The notes: a model not told the origin generated them from the sequence alone. A stretch of DNA of 64,000 bases from the human T2T-CHM13v2.0 reference genome, Homo sapiens (GCF_009914755.1 NC_060928.1); one strand, 5' to 3'. Positions 29,010 to 45,407 are shown, counted from the stretch's first letter. Translations and numbers: made by a program.

Positions 29010-29230
29010 GTTTACATTAGTTGCAAGTGCACGGCTTTTGAAGGCAGACAGACTGGCGTTCCAGTTCTGTATCTGCCATTTACCAGATGTGCCACCTCAA
29101 ACCAGTCACACAGCATCTCTGCATTAGCACCTAACCTCATGGTGCTCATGTGGGGATTAAGCGAGAACAAGCCTGTAAAGTGAAATGCACAGTGCTTGGC
29201 ACATGGTACATTTTGAAAACATGTTGACTT
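29010..29230 (+). mobile_element. MIR SINE
   Basis: ttgcaagtgcacggcttttgaaggcagacagactgg..ctgccatttaccag..cacagtgcttggcacatggta. Confidence 0.8.
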
Positions 29231-29332
29231 GTGAGATACATTTTTTTAACATAAAATCATAAAATTATGGTTAAAAATATCACCTGCTCCAACTCTTCCA
29301 TCTTACAGATGAGGTGTGTAGACTGGTAAAGT

Positions 29333-30117
29333 ACTTTAAAAAAAAAAACAAAAACTTTTATTTTACATTCAAGGAGTAAATGTACAGTTTGTTACGTGAA
29401 TATACTGAGTGATGCTGAAGTTTGAGGTACAAATGATCCCATCATTCAGGTACTGAGCATAGTACCAGATAGTTAGTTTCACAACCCTTGCTCCTATCCC
29501 TCCCTCCTTTATGTCCATGAGTACCCAATGTTTAGCTCCCACTTTTAATGAGAGCATACAGTATTTGGTTCTCTATTTCTGCTTTAGTTTGCTTAGGATG
29601 ATGGCCTCTATCTGCATCCATGTTGCTGCAAAGGATGTGATTTTATTCTTTTTTATGGCTGCGAAGTATTCCATGATGTATATGTATCACATTTTGTTTG
29701 TTCAATCCAACATTGATGAGCCCCTAGGTTGGTTCCATGTCTTTGTTATTGTGAATAGTGCTGCCAAGAGCATGTGAGTGCATGTGTCTTTTTGATAGAA
29801 TGATTTGTTTTCTTTTGATTATATACCCAGTAATGGGATTGCTGGGTCAAAGGTAGTTCTATTTTTTAGTTCTTTGAAAAATTTCTAAACTACTTTCCAC
29901 AGTGGCTGAACTAATTTACATTCACACCAATAGTGTATAAGTATTCCCTTTTCTCCACAGCCTTGCCAGTATCTGTTTTTTGACTTTTTAATAATAGCCA
30001 TTCTGACTGATATGAGATGGTATCTCTCATTATGGTTTTGATTTGCATGTCTCTGATGACTAATGATGCTGAGCATTTTTTTCATGTATTTGCCTTGTGT
30101 GTCGCCTTTTGAGAAGT
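29333..30117 (-). mobile_element. 5'-truncated L1PA15/16-like 3' end with 14-bp TSD
   Basis: gatgctgaagtttgaggtacaaatgatcccatca..gtactgagcatagtacc; TSD tagactggtaaagt at 29319-29332 and 30118-30131. Confidence 0.92.
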
Positions 30118-33100
30118 TAGACTGGTAAAGTGTTACCAAAATGAATTATCCAATTAGTTCCCACCACCAGGCTATGAATTTTGTAAAAGCATGAATTTCC
30201 TCGATTCTGACATCTACCACTATGAAAAACCCTTAATAAGTATAAATACATGTTGGTTGAATTATCTAATTATTTAGTGGTTGAGCAAAGGCTACAACTC
30301 AAGCTTCCTGACATCTAGTTCTGGCTTTTTTTTTTTCCAGGAAAAATTAAGGTAAAATAAGAATCCTTGATTCTTCAATTTGAAAAGTTTGTTCTGGGGA
30401 AAATCTGGTCCTGTGAATTTCAAGTTATTCTATGATGTTCTAATATGTAGCTTTTCATTCTGCCTGGACACAGTTGATACAAATTCACATGAATATTAAA
30501 TAGTTGGGAAGGGAGTAGGGACTTTCCTTGAGCAATTAGGAAGTGAGACAATGCTTTAGTGTGAATATCCTGCTGGGTGGTTGATATATGGTATGACTCA
30601 GGCACTGTGCTTATGCATTTTAAATTGCTTTCTTTACAACTCTAGTCTAGAGGAAATATCATGTCTGAGCCAAACTGGGACAGGGCATTCCAACCCAGTA
30701 AAGTGAAACTGAGAAATCTCAAACAGGCACCATACTCCTTGAACTTGGCTACTCTAATTACGTAGAAATGAATTTCACGATGAGCTCCTCTAACATACTG
30801 TACTTATGAAAAACCAAAAGCATATAAACAGAGCGTGAACAAATGTTATTTCCAAACCCACTTAAGTTGCTTAAGCTGTGGAGCTCCTGGCCCTAATTTT
30901 AGTAGCAGCATTAACAGCTGGTGGAAATAATGCCATGGTTTGTAGATGTGAAATACCATAGAAACCTGATCAGTTTCTCTTGATGAGGTAACATCAGACT
31001 CACAATAAATAAGTGCAAGTTTTGTGGTTTTTTTGATTCATCTACTTAAGAAAAAGCAGCTATTATTTTATGCCAAAAATGTGAGCAGTGGTTCCTACTC
31101 TTCCCTTTGCTATTCCCTCTTAAGTCAGTGATAAAATATACATGGAACAAATTATCTCAGTCTGCCAATTATGGTTGGAAGTATAACATTATCCTTTAAC
31201 TTAACATTTATGAAGCAATTTGCTATAGAAATAGGGGTGATGTGATGGTTTTCAGATGGTAAACTGTGTTAACTGCTTGAAAATGCAAACAATTTAGGAG
31301 CTGACAGGTTCAATTCTCAAGTAGAGGAGGTGCATTGTGATGTTTGGCATTGGTTAAATATTCAATCATTCCACTACCCTGTCTGTGGGAAATATGCTAA
31401 TGGGTTATTGCTACAGCCTTTGAACTCCCAGGGCAAGTGAAGCCCAGAATTCCATAGCCCTGATGCCAGTGGGTGTGATTACATTTGATGGATGCAAATA
31501 ACCTTGGCTTTAATATCTTGATTGATCTGGAATGTATTAAGGAGGAATTTTTATCACACAAACAGAATGCTACAGAATCAAATTCTACTCTAGAAGTCCA
31601 TTCTGTTTACTCTCACTAATGCCTACTCTCATAGATACAGATATGTCTCCTGACTTTTCTTATTTTATATTAACAACACATATTTTAGCTCAGCCACCAC
31701 CCAACAAATTAAAATGAGTCCTTAAAAAATAATACGCTTTAATATATCCCATTTTCCAGCAAACAAAACAAAAATGAAATAAAAATAATAAACCTCTCTT
31801 ACAGAAAGTTTTTAAAAGTTTTTAATTCTAGGAAATTTTATATTTTTAAAGAAAGTACAGCCAAAGATCTGGTTATCATAGACAATAAAAACACAAGTTA
31901 AGCAATGGAAGCAGACTATTTTTTCCTGATTACAAAAGAAAGAAAGAAATCTATGGCATGTAGTAATGTGTCCATGTATCTAGTTCACGAGGTTCGTGAC
32001 TCAAACTGGAAAGTTCACTGAAGAACAGGCAATCATTTTACTGGATTACGCTTTTGGATATGTTTGGATAAGGAAGCTGAGCAAATATTTTTAAATATTT
32101 AAGATAAACTTGGAATGTTTGACACAGTTGAAATTTGAGCTTTATTACATGGGCTCATAATAACAGTGAGAGTTTTTCATTCCTGTTCTGGTCTGTGTAC
32201 ATGTTGCACTTTTATTTTTCTTTAGGAGGGATAGGGTACCCAAGGAAAGGAGGGAGAAAAACAAACGGAAATAGTGCACAAAATGTCTCCATAGAAATAT
32301 AAGGTGTAGCCTTTGTTCTTGTTTCTGTCAAATAGTGAACTTTTTGGTAACATAATAATTATGTTCATATTCTTACTTTATTGCAATCCCACAGTAGCAC
32401 TGTGTGCAAGGTGCCCTTTACAGATTAGATAGTCTTCCTCAATCAGACAACTGAGGTGAATAAATATGTACAAGTTATTATTAATGCTGAAAATCTCCTC
32501 TGGCAGCCCATCTCTTGTTTGGACTGTTTTTGGTTGGTCTTCATTTAGGGATAATGTACTGAGCCAGGACACAGGCATAAACATTAACACTGGCACTGCA
32601 ACCTTGCTGGCTTGTACTGTGCTAGAATTTATGAGGTCTCTTCCTAGAATTAAGACTCCAGTAGTGATTTAAACCAAATTAATCACTCTGGCCATATTGG
32701 TTCAGTTCAACTCTGGAGTATCTTAACTTGGTTAGTGATGCATTTACCAGCAATTAAAATAAATACAAGAATATATATTATTCTCTCACTAAGAGGCAAA
32801 ACTAGTAAGCATAACATAACGTAATTGTTGAGTTGCTCAGAATTGTCATCAGCCCTTTACTATTTTAAATATCTCTTATAGTTAAGATGCCAGAATCTGT
32901 CTATATTATAAAATATATTTATTATATATAAATAAATATATTTATAATATGGTTCATATTTATAAAACATTTATATTTAAAAATTATTAACCATCTTTTT
33001 ATTAAATGTAATATTTTAAACTAATTTACCTGAAAATAAAATTTAATTACCTATAAATACCAATAATTCTATAAAATAAATGATTTTTCTCTGTCTTCTT

Positions 33101-33185
33101 CATAACAACCAGCATAGAGATTTGCCCATATTTATATGAGGAAAAAAAGTGGGGCTGTTGAAGTAAAACTAACATATATTTTAAG

Positions 33186-34072
33186 TCTCTTAGCTGCTAA
33201 GTGTTGCCACAATAATGCTGTGTAACCAACCACCCACAACTCAGGGGCTTAAAACAACAATCACTTATTCTTGTTGACCTGTGAGTTCTTTTCTGAGCTC
33301 CTCTCAATAGCGCAGGACCTTATGAAATGCAGCTCATAACAATCAGCACATTTTCAACTTTCTGCTTCAAAAGCTCCTTCTCCAAAGCTGGCATTTCAGT
33401 AGTTATTTATTTTATTTCTTCAGCGTAACCACAGGTGACAGTCTTACCAAATGTTTTGCCACTACATAATATTTTTTTCGGCCTATTCTATAAGTTTCTT
33501 TGCTCTCTGTCACTCAGTTCCAAAGCCACTGGCAAATATTTTAAATATTGGTTATGTCAGTACCCCACTTTTAGGTACCGATTTCTGCATTAGTTAATAT
33601 TTCCACAATAATACCACTTAGAAAATCACTCCGCAATCCAATGGCTTAAAATAACAATTATTTATTAACTTTTGTGTGTTTGTAGGTCAGCTCTGGCTTA
33701 GCTGTCGAGGCTGAGCTCAGCTGGTCTTGGCTCCAAGCTGTGAGTCAGGTCTGTGCATGCTCTGGTCTCTGCTATACGTGAGGCTCAGGTCTGTTCTGTG
33801 TGCCAAAACTCTAGGGTCCCGGGTGAACTGCCAATAACTCCCTATGAGAATCTCTTCTCATGTAATTCCAGAAGTGCATGAAACATGCCCAAACACACAA
33901 GCACATCTCAGTTCTCCACTTGTCACATCTGCTACTAACATCTTTTGTCCAACACAAATTACATGACTGACGATCAGGGAAATACACTATGTGTATTCCA
34001 AATCCATGGCAAAGTGCACATGTATATTATTACTAAGGGGAACCAAACAATTGTGATCAGTAATTGACAAAC
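33186..34072 (-). mobile_element. MLT1-type MaLR relic: 5' LTR (~33586-34072), short internal piece and 3' end of a second LTR
   Basis: Two LTR 3' ends (ggcttaaaacaacaatcacttatt; ggcttaaaataacaattatttatt); LTR/internal junction reads ctaatgca|gaaatcggtacctaaaagtgggg on the - strand. Confidence 0.7.
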
Positions 34073-34299
34073 AATAGGCCTCATTATTGAAGGACCAATG
34101 AAATAATCCAATTTATCATCACTCTACTAAAGATTATGCAAAGTGATACTTAACCTCTTTTTCAATTCCAGTTCCGGCATTCTTATTATATTTTCTAAAA
34201 CGTGCCAACAGCAAGAAACATTAAGCCAGTTCAGTAATTCCATTATCTGCCCAATCATATAGTAGAAAATGTTACTTAAACCAAATGAATAATTTATAT

Positions 34300-34333
<34 letters not shown>

Positions 34334-34990
34334 TATATTTAGGTGATGTACTTTGTAATAGTTAATAATTTTCACAGAAATTAATGACATAGTGGAAATC
34401 ATCACATCTCACTTAGCTTTCTAACTTATTTTAAAAGGCTCTTTTCAATGTCATCAGGAAATCATTTTTGTTAATTTTTTTCTCAAAAACATCCGGTAAG
34501 TTTATATTAATAAGAAGCTTCTTCTCTGAAATTGATTCTTCATCTTGTCATAGTCTACACGCATATTATCTTCAATCCTCAATAGTGAACTAGCAGTGAG
34601 AGCAGAAAATGTCTACAGCCCAAAGTCACATTGTCCAAGGTGGAAAAAGTCACTCCAAACATATGCTGCAGTCATTGTCCAAGAGATCTTAGTAAATGAC
34701 ACGGGCAAGACAATGGGAGGCTTTAGGCAGAACTTAATTATTGGGAGTCAGGTAAGGCAGCTATGTTCTTAGGTGCAGGTGGAGTATATACATGTTGGAC
34801 TAGCCACACACAGAGGTGCAGAGGCATTTCCTAGTAACCCCTAGAGGGGAGACTAACTAAATTCTGTATACCAGGTTTGGAGCCACAGAAAGAACTTCAG
34901 ACCTCATTTAGTGACATAGAAATAGAGGCTGAGGATGTGCCCTCGTAAGGATTGGCTTAAAAACTGGTCTTTTGTAATAAAGAATTTGGC

Positions 34991-37051
<2,061 letters not shown>

Positions 37052-37338
37052 TATGAAGCCAGCATCACCCTGACACCAAAATCTGGCAAGACACAACAAC
37101 AAAAAAACTACATCCCAATATTCCTGATGAACATAGAAACAAAAATCCTCAACCAAACTATAGAAAATAGAATCCAACAGCACATCAAAAAGTTAAGTCA
37201 CCATAATCAAGTAGGCTTTATTCCTGCCATGCAAGGATGGCTCAACATACACAAATCAATAAATGTGATTCACCACATGCATGTAATTAAAAATAAAACC
37301 ATGTAATCATCTCAATAGATGCAGAGAACGCTTTTAAT

Positions 37339-37399
37339 AAAATCTAACATCTCTTCATGATAATCTAATGTCTCTTCATGAAAATCTAACATCTCTTCA
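37339..37399 (+). repeat. About 3 tandem copies of a 21-bp unit inside L1 ORF2
   Basis: aaaatctaacatctcttcatg / ataatctaatgtctcttcatg / aaaatctaacatctcttca. Confidence 0.9.
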
Positions 37400-38957
37400 A
37401 TGAACTAGGCATTGAAGGAATGTACCTCAAAATGATAAGAGCTGTCTCTGGCAAACCCACAGCCAGCAACATATTAAACAGGCAAAATCTGGAAGCATTT
37501 CCCTGAAGGACTGGAACACAACAAGGTACCCCACTCCCACCACTCCTATTCAGTGTAGTGCTAGAAGTCCTAGCCAAAGCAATCAGGCAAGAGAAGGAAA
37601 TAAAAGGCATCCACATAGGACTACAAAAAGTCAAATTATTTCTCTTCACTGATGATAGGACTCTATACTTAGAAAACCCTAAAGACACCATCAAAAGGCT
37701 CCCCAATCTGATAAATGATTACAGTAAAGTTTCAGGGTACAAAGTCAATGTACAAAAATTCAGTAACATTTCTATATACTAATGATGTCCAAACTGGGAG
37801 CCAAATCAAGAACACAATCTCCTTTACATAACCACAGAAAAAATAAAATGCCTAGGAATACATCTAACCAAAGAGGTGACAGATCTCTACAAAGAAAAAA
37901 ACACACAAAACCTTGGTGAAAGAAATCAGAGATAACACAAACAAATGGAAAAACATTCTATGCTCATGGATTAGAAGTATTAATATCATTAAAATCATCA
38001 TACTGCCCAAAGCTATTACAGAGTCAATGCTATTACTATCAACCTACCAATTGTCATTTTTTTCACAGAATTAGAAAAAAACAATTCTAAAATTCATATG
38101 GAATTTAAAAAAAAACCCAAATAGCAAAAGCAATCCTAAACCAAAAACAAACAAACAAAAAAACAAAAAAAAACAAAACAAAGCTGGAAGTATCACAGTA
38201 CCCAACTTCAAACTATACTATTAGCGACAACCAAAACAAGGTACTGGTGCAAAAATAGACGCGCAGACCAGTGGAATCGAATAAAGTCACATACCTACAA
38301 CCGTCTCATCTTCGACAAAGCTGACAAAAATAAACAATGGGGAAAGGACTCTCTATTCAATAAATGGTACTAGGATATCCAGCTAGCCATATGCAGAAGA
38401 ATGAAATTGAATCCTTACTTTTCACCGTATACAAAAATTAACTCCAGATGGATTAAAGATTTAAATGTAAGTCCTCATACTATAAAATTCCTATAAGAAA
38501 ACCTAGGAAATACCATTCTGAACATTGGCCTTGGCAAAGAACTTATGACTAAGTCCTCAAAAGCAACTGAAACAAAAACAAAAAGTGATAAGTGGGATCT
38601 AATTAAACTAAAAAACTTTTGCACAATGAAAGAAACTATCAACAGAATAAACAATCCACAGAATGGGAGAAAATATTCATAAATTATGCATTCAACAAAA
38701 GTCTAATATCCAGAATTTTAAGAAACCTAAACAAATCAACAAGCAAAAACCAAAATACCCTATTAAAATGTGGGCAAAGGACATTAACAGGCTCTTCTCC
38801 TAAGAAGACGACACATAGGCAGCCAACAAACATGAAAAAAAAAAACACTCCAAATCACTAATCATCAGAGAAATGCACATCAAAGCCACAAGGAGATACC
38901 ACCTCATACCTCTCAGAATGGCTATGATTAAAAAGATAAAAAAATAACAGAGGCCAG

Positions 38958-41257
38958 TGATATGGTTTGGCTGTGTCCCCACCCAAATCTCATCTCTAAT
39001 TGTAACTTTCACAATTCCCATGTTTCATGGAAGGAACCCAGTGGGAGGTAATTGATTCACGAGGGTGGGTCTTTTCCATGCTGTTCTTTTGATAGTGAAT
39101 ATGTCTTATAAGGTCGGATGACTTTAAAAACAGAAGTTTCCCTGCACAACTCTCTCCTTTTGTCTGGTGCCATCCATGTAAGATGTGACTTGCTCCTCTT
39201 TGCCTTCCACCATGATTGTGAGGCCTCCCCAGCCATGTGGAACTGTAAGTCCATTAAACCTCTTTTTATTCTCAGTCTCGGGTCTGTCTTTATCAGCAGC
39301 ATGAAAATGGACTAATACAGTAAATTGTTACCAAGAGTGGGGTGCTACTGAAAAGATACCCAAAAATGTGGAAGTGACTTTGAAACTGGGTAACAGGTGT
39401 TGGAACAGTTGGAGGGCTCAGAAGACAGGAAAGTGTGGGAAAGTTTGGAACTCCCTAGAGACTTATTGAATGGCTTTGACTAAAATGCTGATAATGATAT
39501 GGACAATGAAATCCAGGCTGATGTGGTCTCAGATGGAGATGAGGAACTTGTTAGGAACTGGAGCAAAGGTGACTCTTGTTATGTTTTAGCAAAGAGACTG
39601 GTGGCATTTTGCCCCTGCCCCAGAGATCTGTGGAACTTTGAACTTTGAAAGAGATGATTTAGGGTATCTGGCAGAAGAAATTTCTAAGGAGCAAAGCAAT
39701 CAAGATGTGACTTGGGTGCTGCTAAAGGCATTCCATTTTATAAAGGAAGCAGAGCATAAAAGTTCAGAAATTTGCAGCCGACGATGTGATAGAAAAGAAA
39801 ATCCCAATTTCTGAGGAGAAATTCAAGCTAGCTGCAGAAATTTGCATAAGTAACAAGGAGAAGAATGTTAGTCATCAAGACAATGGGGAAAATGTCTCCA
39901 GAGCATGTCAGCGGTCTTCATGGCAGTCTCTCCCTTCACAGGTCCAGAGGCCTAGGAGGAAAAAGTGGCTTCATGGGCCAGGCCTAGGGTCCCCGTGCTG
40001 TGTGAAGCCTAGGGACTTGGTGCCCTCTTCCCAGCCCCTCCAGCTGTGGCTGAAAGTGGCCAATGGAGAGCTTGGACCATGGCTTTAGAGGGTACAAGCC
40101 CCAAGCCTGGGCAGCTTTCACGTGGTGTTGAGGCTGCAAATGCACAGAAGTCAAGAGTTAAGGTTTGGGAACCTCTGCCTAGATTTCAGAAGATGTATGG
40201 AAATGCCTGGATACTCAGGCAGAAGTTTGCTGAAGAGGTGGGGTCCTTATGGAGAACCTCTGCTAGGGCAGTGCAGAAGGGAAATGTGCAGTCAGAGCCC
40301 CCATAAAGAGTCCCTGCTAGGGCACTGCCTAGTGGAGGTGTGAGAAGAGGGCTGCCATCCTCCAGAAGCCAGAATGGTAGATCCACTGACAGCTTGCTTT
40401 GTGCGCCTGGAAAAGCCACGGACACTTAATGCCAACCTGTGAAGGCAGTGGGGAAGGAGGCTGTATCCTGCAAAGCCACAGGGGTGGAGCTATCCAAAAC
40501 CATGGGAACTCACCTCTTGCACCAGCGTGACCTAGATGTGTGACATGGACCCAAAGGAGATTATTTTGGAGCTTTAAGATTTGATTGCCCCACTGGATTT
40601 TGGGCTTGCATGGGGCCTCTAGCCCCTTTGTTTTGGCCAATTTCTCCCATTTGGATTGGCTGTATTTACCCAATGCTTGTACCTCCATTGTATCTAGGAA
40701 GTAACTAACTTGCTTTTGATTTTACAGGCTCATAAGTGGATGGGACATACCTTGTCTTAAATGAGTCTTTGGACTGTGGACTTTTGAGTTATTGCTGAAA
40801 TGAATTAAGACTTCAGGGGATTGTTGGGAAGATGTGATTTGTTTTGAAATGTGAGGACATGAGATTTGGGAGGGGCTAGGGTGGAATGATATGGTTTGGC
40901 TCTGTGTCTCAACCCAAATCTCATCTTCAGTTGTAACTCCCACAATTCTTATGTGCCCTGGGAGAAACCTGGTGGGAAGTAATTGACTCACGGAGGTAAC
41001 TGAATCATGGAACTTTTTCATGTTGTTCTCGTGATAATGAATAAGTCTAATGAGATCTGATGACTTTATAGATGGGAATTTCCCTATACACACTCCCTCT
41101 TTTTGCTTGCCACCATTAAGACATGACTTGCTCCTCCTTGCCTTCTGCCACGATTGTGAGGCCTCCCCAGCCATGTGGAACTGTAAGTCCATTAAACATT
41201 TTCTACTTCCCAGTCTTGGGTATGTCTTTATCAGCAGCATGAAAATGGACTAATACA
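38958..41257 (+). mobile_element. Full-length THE1 (THE1A/B-like) MaLR provirus: LTR 38958-39319, internal 39320-40886, LTR 40887-41257
   Basis: Both LTRs tgatatggtttggct..ggactaataca; gtaaattgttacca after the 5' LTR; purine tract before the 3' LTR; 5-bp flanks gccag/gctgg. Confidence 0.97.
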
Positions 41258-41319
41258 GCTGGCAAGGCTGTGGAAAAAGGAACACCTTTACACTGTTGGT
41301 GTGAATGTCAATTAGTTCA

Positions 41320-41694
<375 letters not shown>

Positions 41695-43357
41695 CTACCC
41701 AGCAATCCCATTACTGGATATATACCTGAAGAAAAATAAATTATTCTACCAAAAAGACATATGTACTTGTATGTTCATGGAAGCACTATTCACAATAGCA
41801 GACATGGAATCAATCAACCTAGGGCCCCAGCACTGTTGGATTGGATAAAGAAAATGTAATACATATACATAATGGAATCCTATGCAGCCATAAAATGAAT
41901 GAAATAATGTCCTTTGTAGCAACATGGATGCAGCTGGAGGCCGTCATCCTAAGTGAATTATCATGGGAACAGATCAGATAACCAAATACTTCATGGTGTC
42001 ACTTATGCATGGGAGCTGAACATTGGGTACATATAGACATAAAAATGAGAACAACAAAACATTGGGGCTACTAAAAGGGAGAGAGGGAAGGGAGTCAAGG
42101 GCTGAAAAATTACCTTTTGGGTTCTGTGCTCATTACCTGGATGATGGGATCATTTTTAACTCAAACCTCAGCATCACTCAATATACCCAGGTAGCAAACC
42201 TATACATGTACCCTCTGAATCGAAAGTAAAAGTTGAAATTATTTTAAAACAATAATTTAGTAAAAGAATAATGTAAAAGTGCTTTCTTAAAACAGAATTT
42301 GGCTGGACTTTTCCCTTAGTTTCTGAGAGGTAGCCTGCAAATCTCTGGAATTTCTGGAGTTATAGGAGTGTCTGTCATTTACGGGTAGTTTATGCTAAAA
42401 AGTGACACGTCTATCTGTAGATAGTTTGTAATAAGGCAGTGACTTACAATGTGAGCTAACCACACCAAAAAGACCAACCATGTGATTAGAAGACTGAAGC
42501 TTTGAGCCACATGATACCTATCTGACCTTCAGGGAGAAAAGGGGATGTGGGCTTTCAGTTTAATCACAGGCCAATGATTCAATCCATCATTCCGATGCAA
42601 TGAAACACCAATAGAACTCTGGACACTGGAACCTGGGTGAGCTTCCCTGCTGGCAGTACTTCACATGGTGAAAGGGGTACATTCTGACCCATGGGGAGAT
42701 GATATTGAAAACTTCATGTTTGGACCCTGTCAGATTTCGTTTTATGAGTCTCTTCTTTTGGCTGGTTCTGATTTGCTTCTTTTTTGATTTAATAAAACTG
42801 TTTTAAGTATAGCACTTTCCTGAGTTCTGTGATTTGTTCTAGACAATTATCAAAATGCCAGGGATATTGGAAGCCACCAGATTTGCAGTTAATTGGTCAG
42901 AAGTAATGATAGTCTAGAAACACCTAAGTTTGTGGCTGGTGTTTGAAGTGAGAGCAGTCATGTGGAAGAATGTGCCCTGAACCTGTGAAGCGTGGCTTAA
43001 CTCCAGGTAGTTAGCATCAGAAGTCATTTTAACTGTTCAGAGCAGAGTCTGCAACTGCAATAGCTTCCCCTGGAATGAGAATGGGCTGAGATAGCCAACA
43101 CAGATGGGATCTGTGTTCTCAGATAATTGCAAAATCACCTTGTCTCTTTGAGGCAACAAGAATTTTACCCTACTTTCTAATCACAGTTTATTTGTGTGTA
43201 TGTATGTAGTCAAGTATTCCTGTTAAATCATGTTCACAGCACAAGAATCAAATAATTATTTGTTGATATTACAACTATAACTATTATTTTAACTTTTATA
43301 CCTTTCAAGTGTTTGAAGAAGAAATAAAATATTTATAAGTTGTATGCTATGTAAGGC

Positions 43358-44020
43358 TGTGACATCACGTATTTGTTCCTTTGCTCCACTCTTACCAACC
43401 TTTGCTCTGATTTGTGCCATGAGGACTAGAAACCTGGAAACCTACGTTTCCCAGCTACTCCATCTCCCCACACCGCAGGCTTTCTGTTATGTTCTGATGA
43501 TGGTAAGCAGTGGAAAGTTATAAACTGAAAGGAAGGATGCCATTTTTCTATTGCTTTACTCTTTTAGGCTGTACTTGTGGTAGTAGAATAAATAGCAAAG
43601 GTGCAGACTCCTTCACAGGAGTATGGATTACAGGTTTCTGCTCAGGTTTCTGTTGTAGAGGTGGTGGAGGCATTAGGTGTGTCACGTGGCCTTTAGCAAA
43701 GTTCTTTTGGGCTCCGGCTTCAGCAGGTGTAGCTACAGGCCTTGGGATTTTGCAGCGTTAGTTGTGGTGTGAGCTTCTGGTTTCCTCCAACTGATTCCAA
43801 TGGCAGCAGTTTTCTCAGCCTCAGCTACAAAGCGGTCATGCAATCTGGGTGATTTTCCTTTCTCCTTCCTAAGGTGATAGCAATTTTGTGTATTTACTAA
43901 TATCTGGTTTAACTCACCTCCTCATTTTGCTCCTCCAGCCACTCCAATACTTTTTCATCCAATTAGATGCATTTCTCTATTTGAAACACCAATATTTTGT
44001 AACCAGAGAGACTGACACAG
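43358..44020 (+). mobile_element. Old ERVL-class LTR (LTR40/LTR50-like)
   Basis: ctggaaacctacgtttcccag near the start, cctccagccactccaatac and gactgacaca at the end; subfamily uncertain. Confidence 0.5.
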
Positions 44021-44921
44021 AGGGCAAGTAACATATTCCTGAAAATTTTGCCAAATGGAATTTTAAAAAATCAAATAACATTTTATATAAATAGGAAAGC
44101 TCATTAGGAAAAAAAGGAATCCTTATGATAGTAATACACCATTTCTAATTTTTCTAGTTCAAGCACTCATTAAATAATATATCTGCTACTTAATATATTA
44201 TTTTTATATCTGCCTTTTTTTTTTAAAAAAAAAGCTGGGTGCACCTGTAATTGTATTCCTAATGTATTCTGTTTTCATATAGCTTGCAAATTATTTTGAT
44301 AATTTTTAGGCAAAGTATATTGTAAATATGAAACACAATCTGGTCAAATTTAAGAACTACTACAAATAGCCTGAGTGACAATGGGGACCGACTTGTTTTA
44401 TCTACTTAATTTTACAGTTCCGATCTATAACATCAGAGCTGGGACTTGAAATAAAAAGTTCAAAAGTCAATTCCCTAGGCAAAAATATACTAATGAAAAA
44501 ATGATATGGGAATTTAATTATGCAAGTAATTGTTTAGCTTTTTTTTTCCAATTAGCAATGGTCTTCACATTAAGATTTATTTTTATAAATGAATCTAAAA
44601 TGGTGCCAGATGAAATCTGAATGTTTCTATGAATTTTGATACTGGAAATCTTTGAGAATAAGTTTGAAACAAGAAACCAAAAACCAAAAAAGCAAAGGAA
44701 AACTAAAATAATGTTTTAATGGTCATACTCAATTCATAGATTTTTAAACAAAAGAATTTTGGCTTAGTGAAATGTAATAAATAAGGAAAGGAATTCCAAA
44801 AGAATTTTAGTAACTGCTAGAAAATAGTGTTTTGTACTTTCTATATTCTGCTTTACAGCCTTAGTCTTCCTTCAATAGTAAAATAAGAATCGTCATTTTA
44901 TGGTGACCTCAGTTTTAGCAA

Positions 44922-45194
44922 TGTTAAAATAAATTTAGATGGAGATCAGGCCTGGAGAATCCCTAAGCAGACAAAGCCAGTTAGGTCTCATAAGTTACCT
45001 TAACCTTTCCTGATTTTCAAACTTAAGAGAAACTTAGCAAGCCTTTTTTTTTTTTTTGTAATTACCTATATTAAGTAAATATGAAACTTCAGGCTAATCA
45101 AACAGAAGCTGCCAATCAACTTACAAGTATATGTATTACTAGAGACTTTTTAGCAGGATAGACCTAATAAGGCAACTGTATAACTGTAACTAAT

Positions 45195-45250
<56 letters not shown>

Positions 45251-45407
45251 CTTTATTTCCATGTTTGCCCTATAAAAAACCTTCCTCTTTAGTTCTCTTG
45301 GTGAAGCCTGAAACCTCCTTTAGGTTGGAGCTGCCCAGTTCATGAACTGCTATTTGCTCAAATAAACGCTTTAAAAATGTCATTTTGCCTCAGTTTACCT
45401 TCTAACA
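44922..45407 (+). mobile_element. ERV1-class solo LTR (LTR54/MER93-like)
   Basis: tgttaaa..taaca termini, TATA-like ctataaaaa, polyA signal gctcaaataaac, 4-bp flanks gcaa/gcag. Confidence 0.8.
45199..45246 (+). repeat. Perfect (TA)24 microsatellite
   Basis: Directly visible. Confidence 0.98.

Noticed and set aside
34540-34970. Possible very old LTR flanking the MER21-type element
   Set aside because: Only a vague resemblance; no termini or family could be assigned
39057-41253. Pairs of similar ORFs (MLLIKT.., ..FCHDCEASPAMWNCKSIK) suggesting a duplicated gene
   Set aside because: They are translations of the two THE1 LTRs
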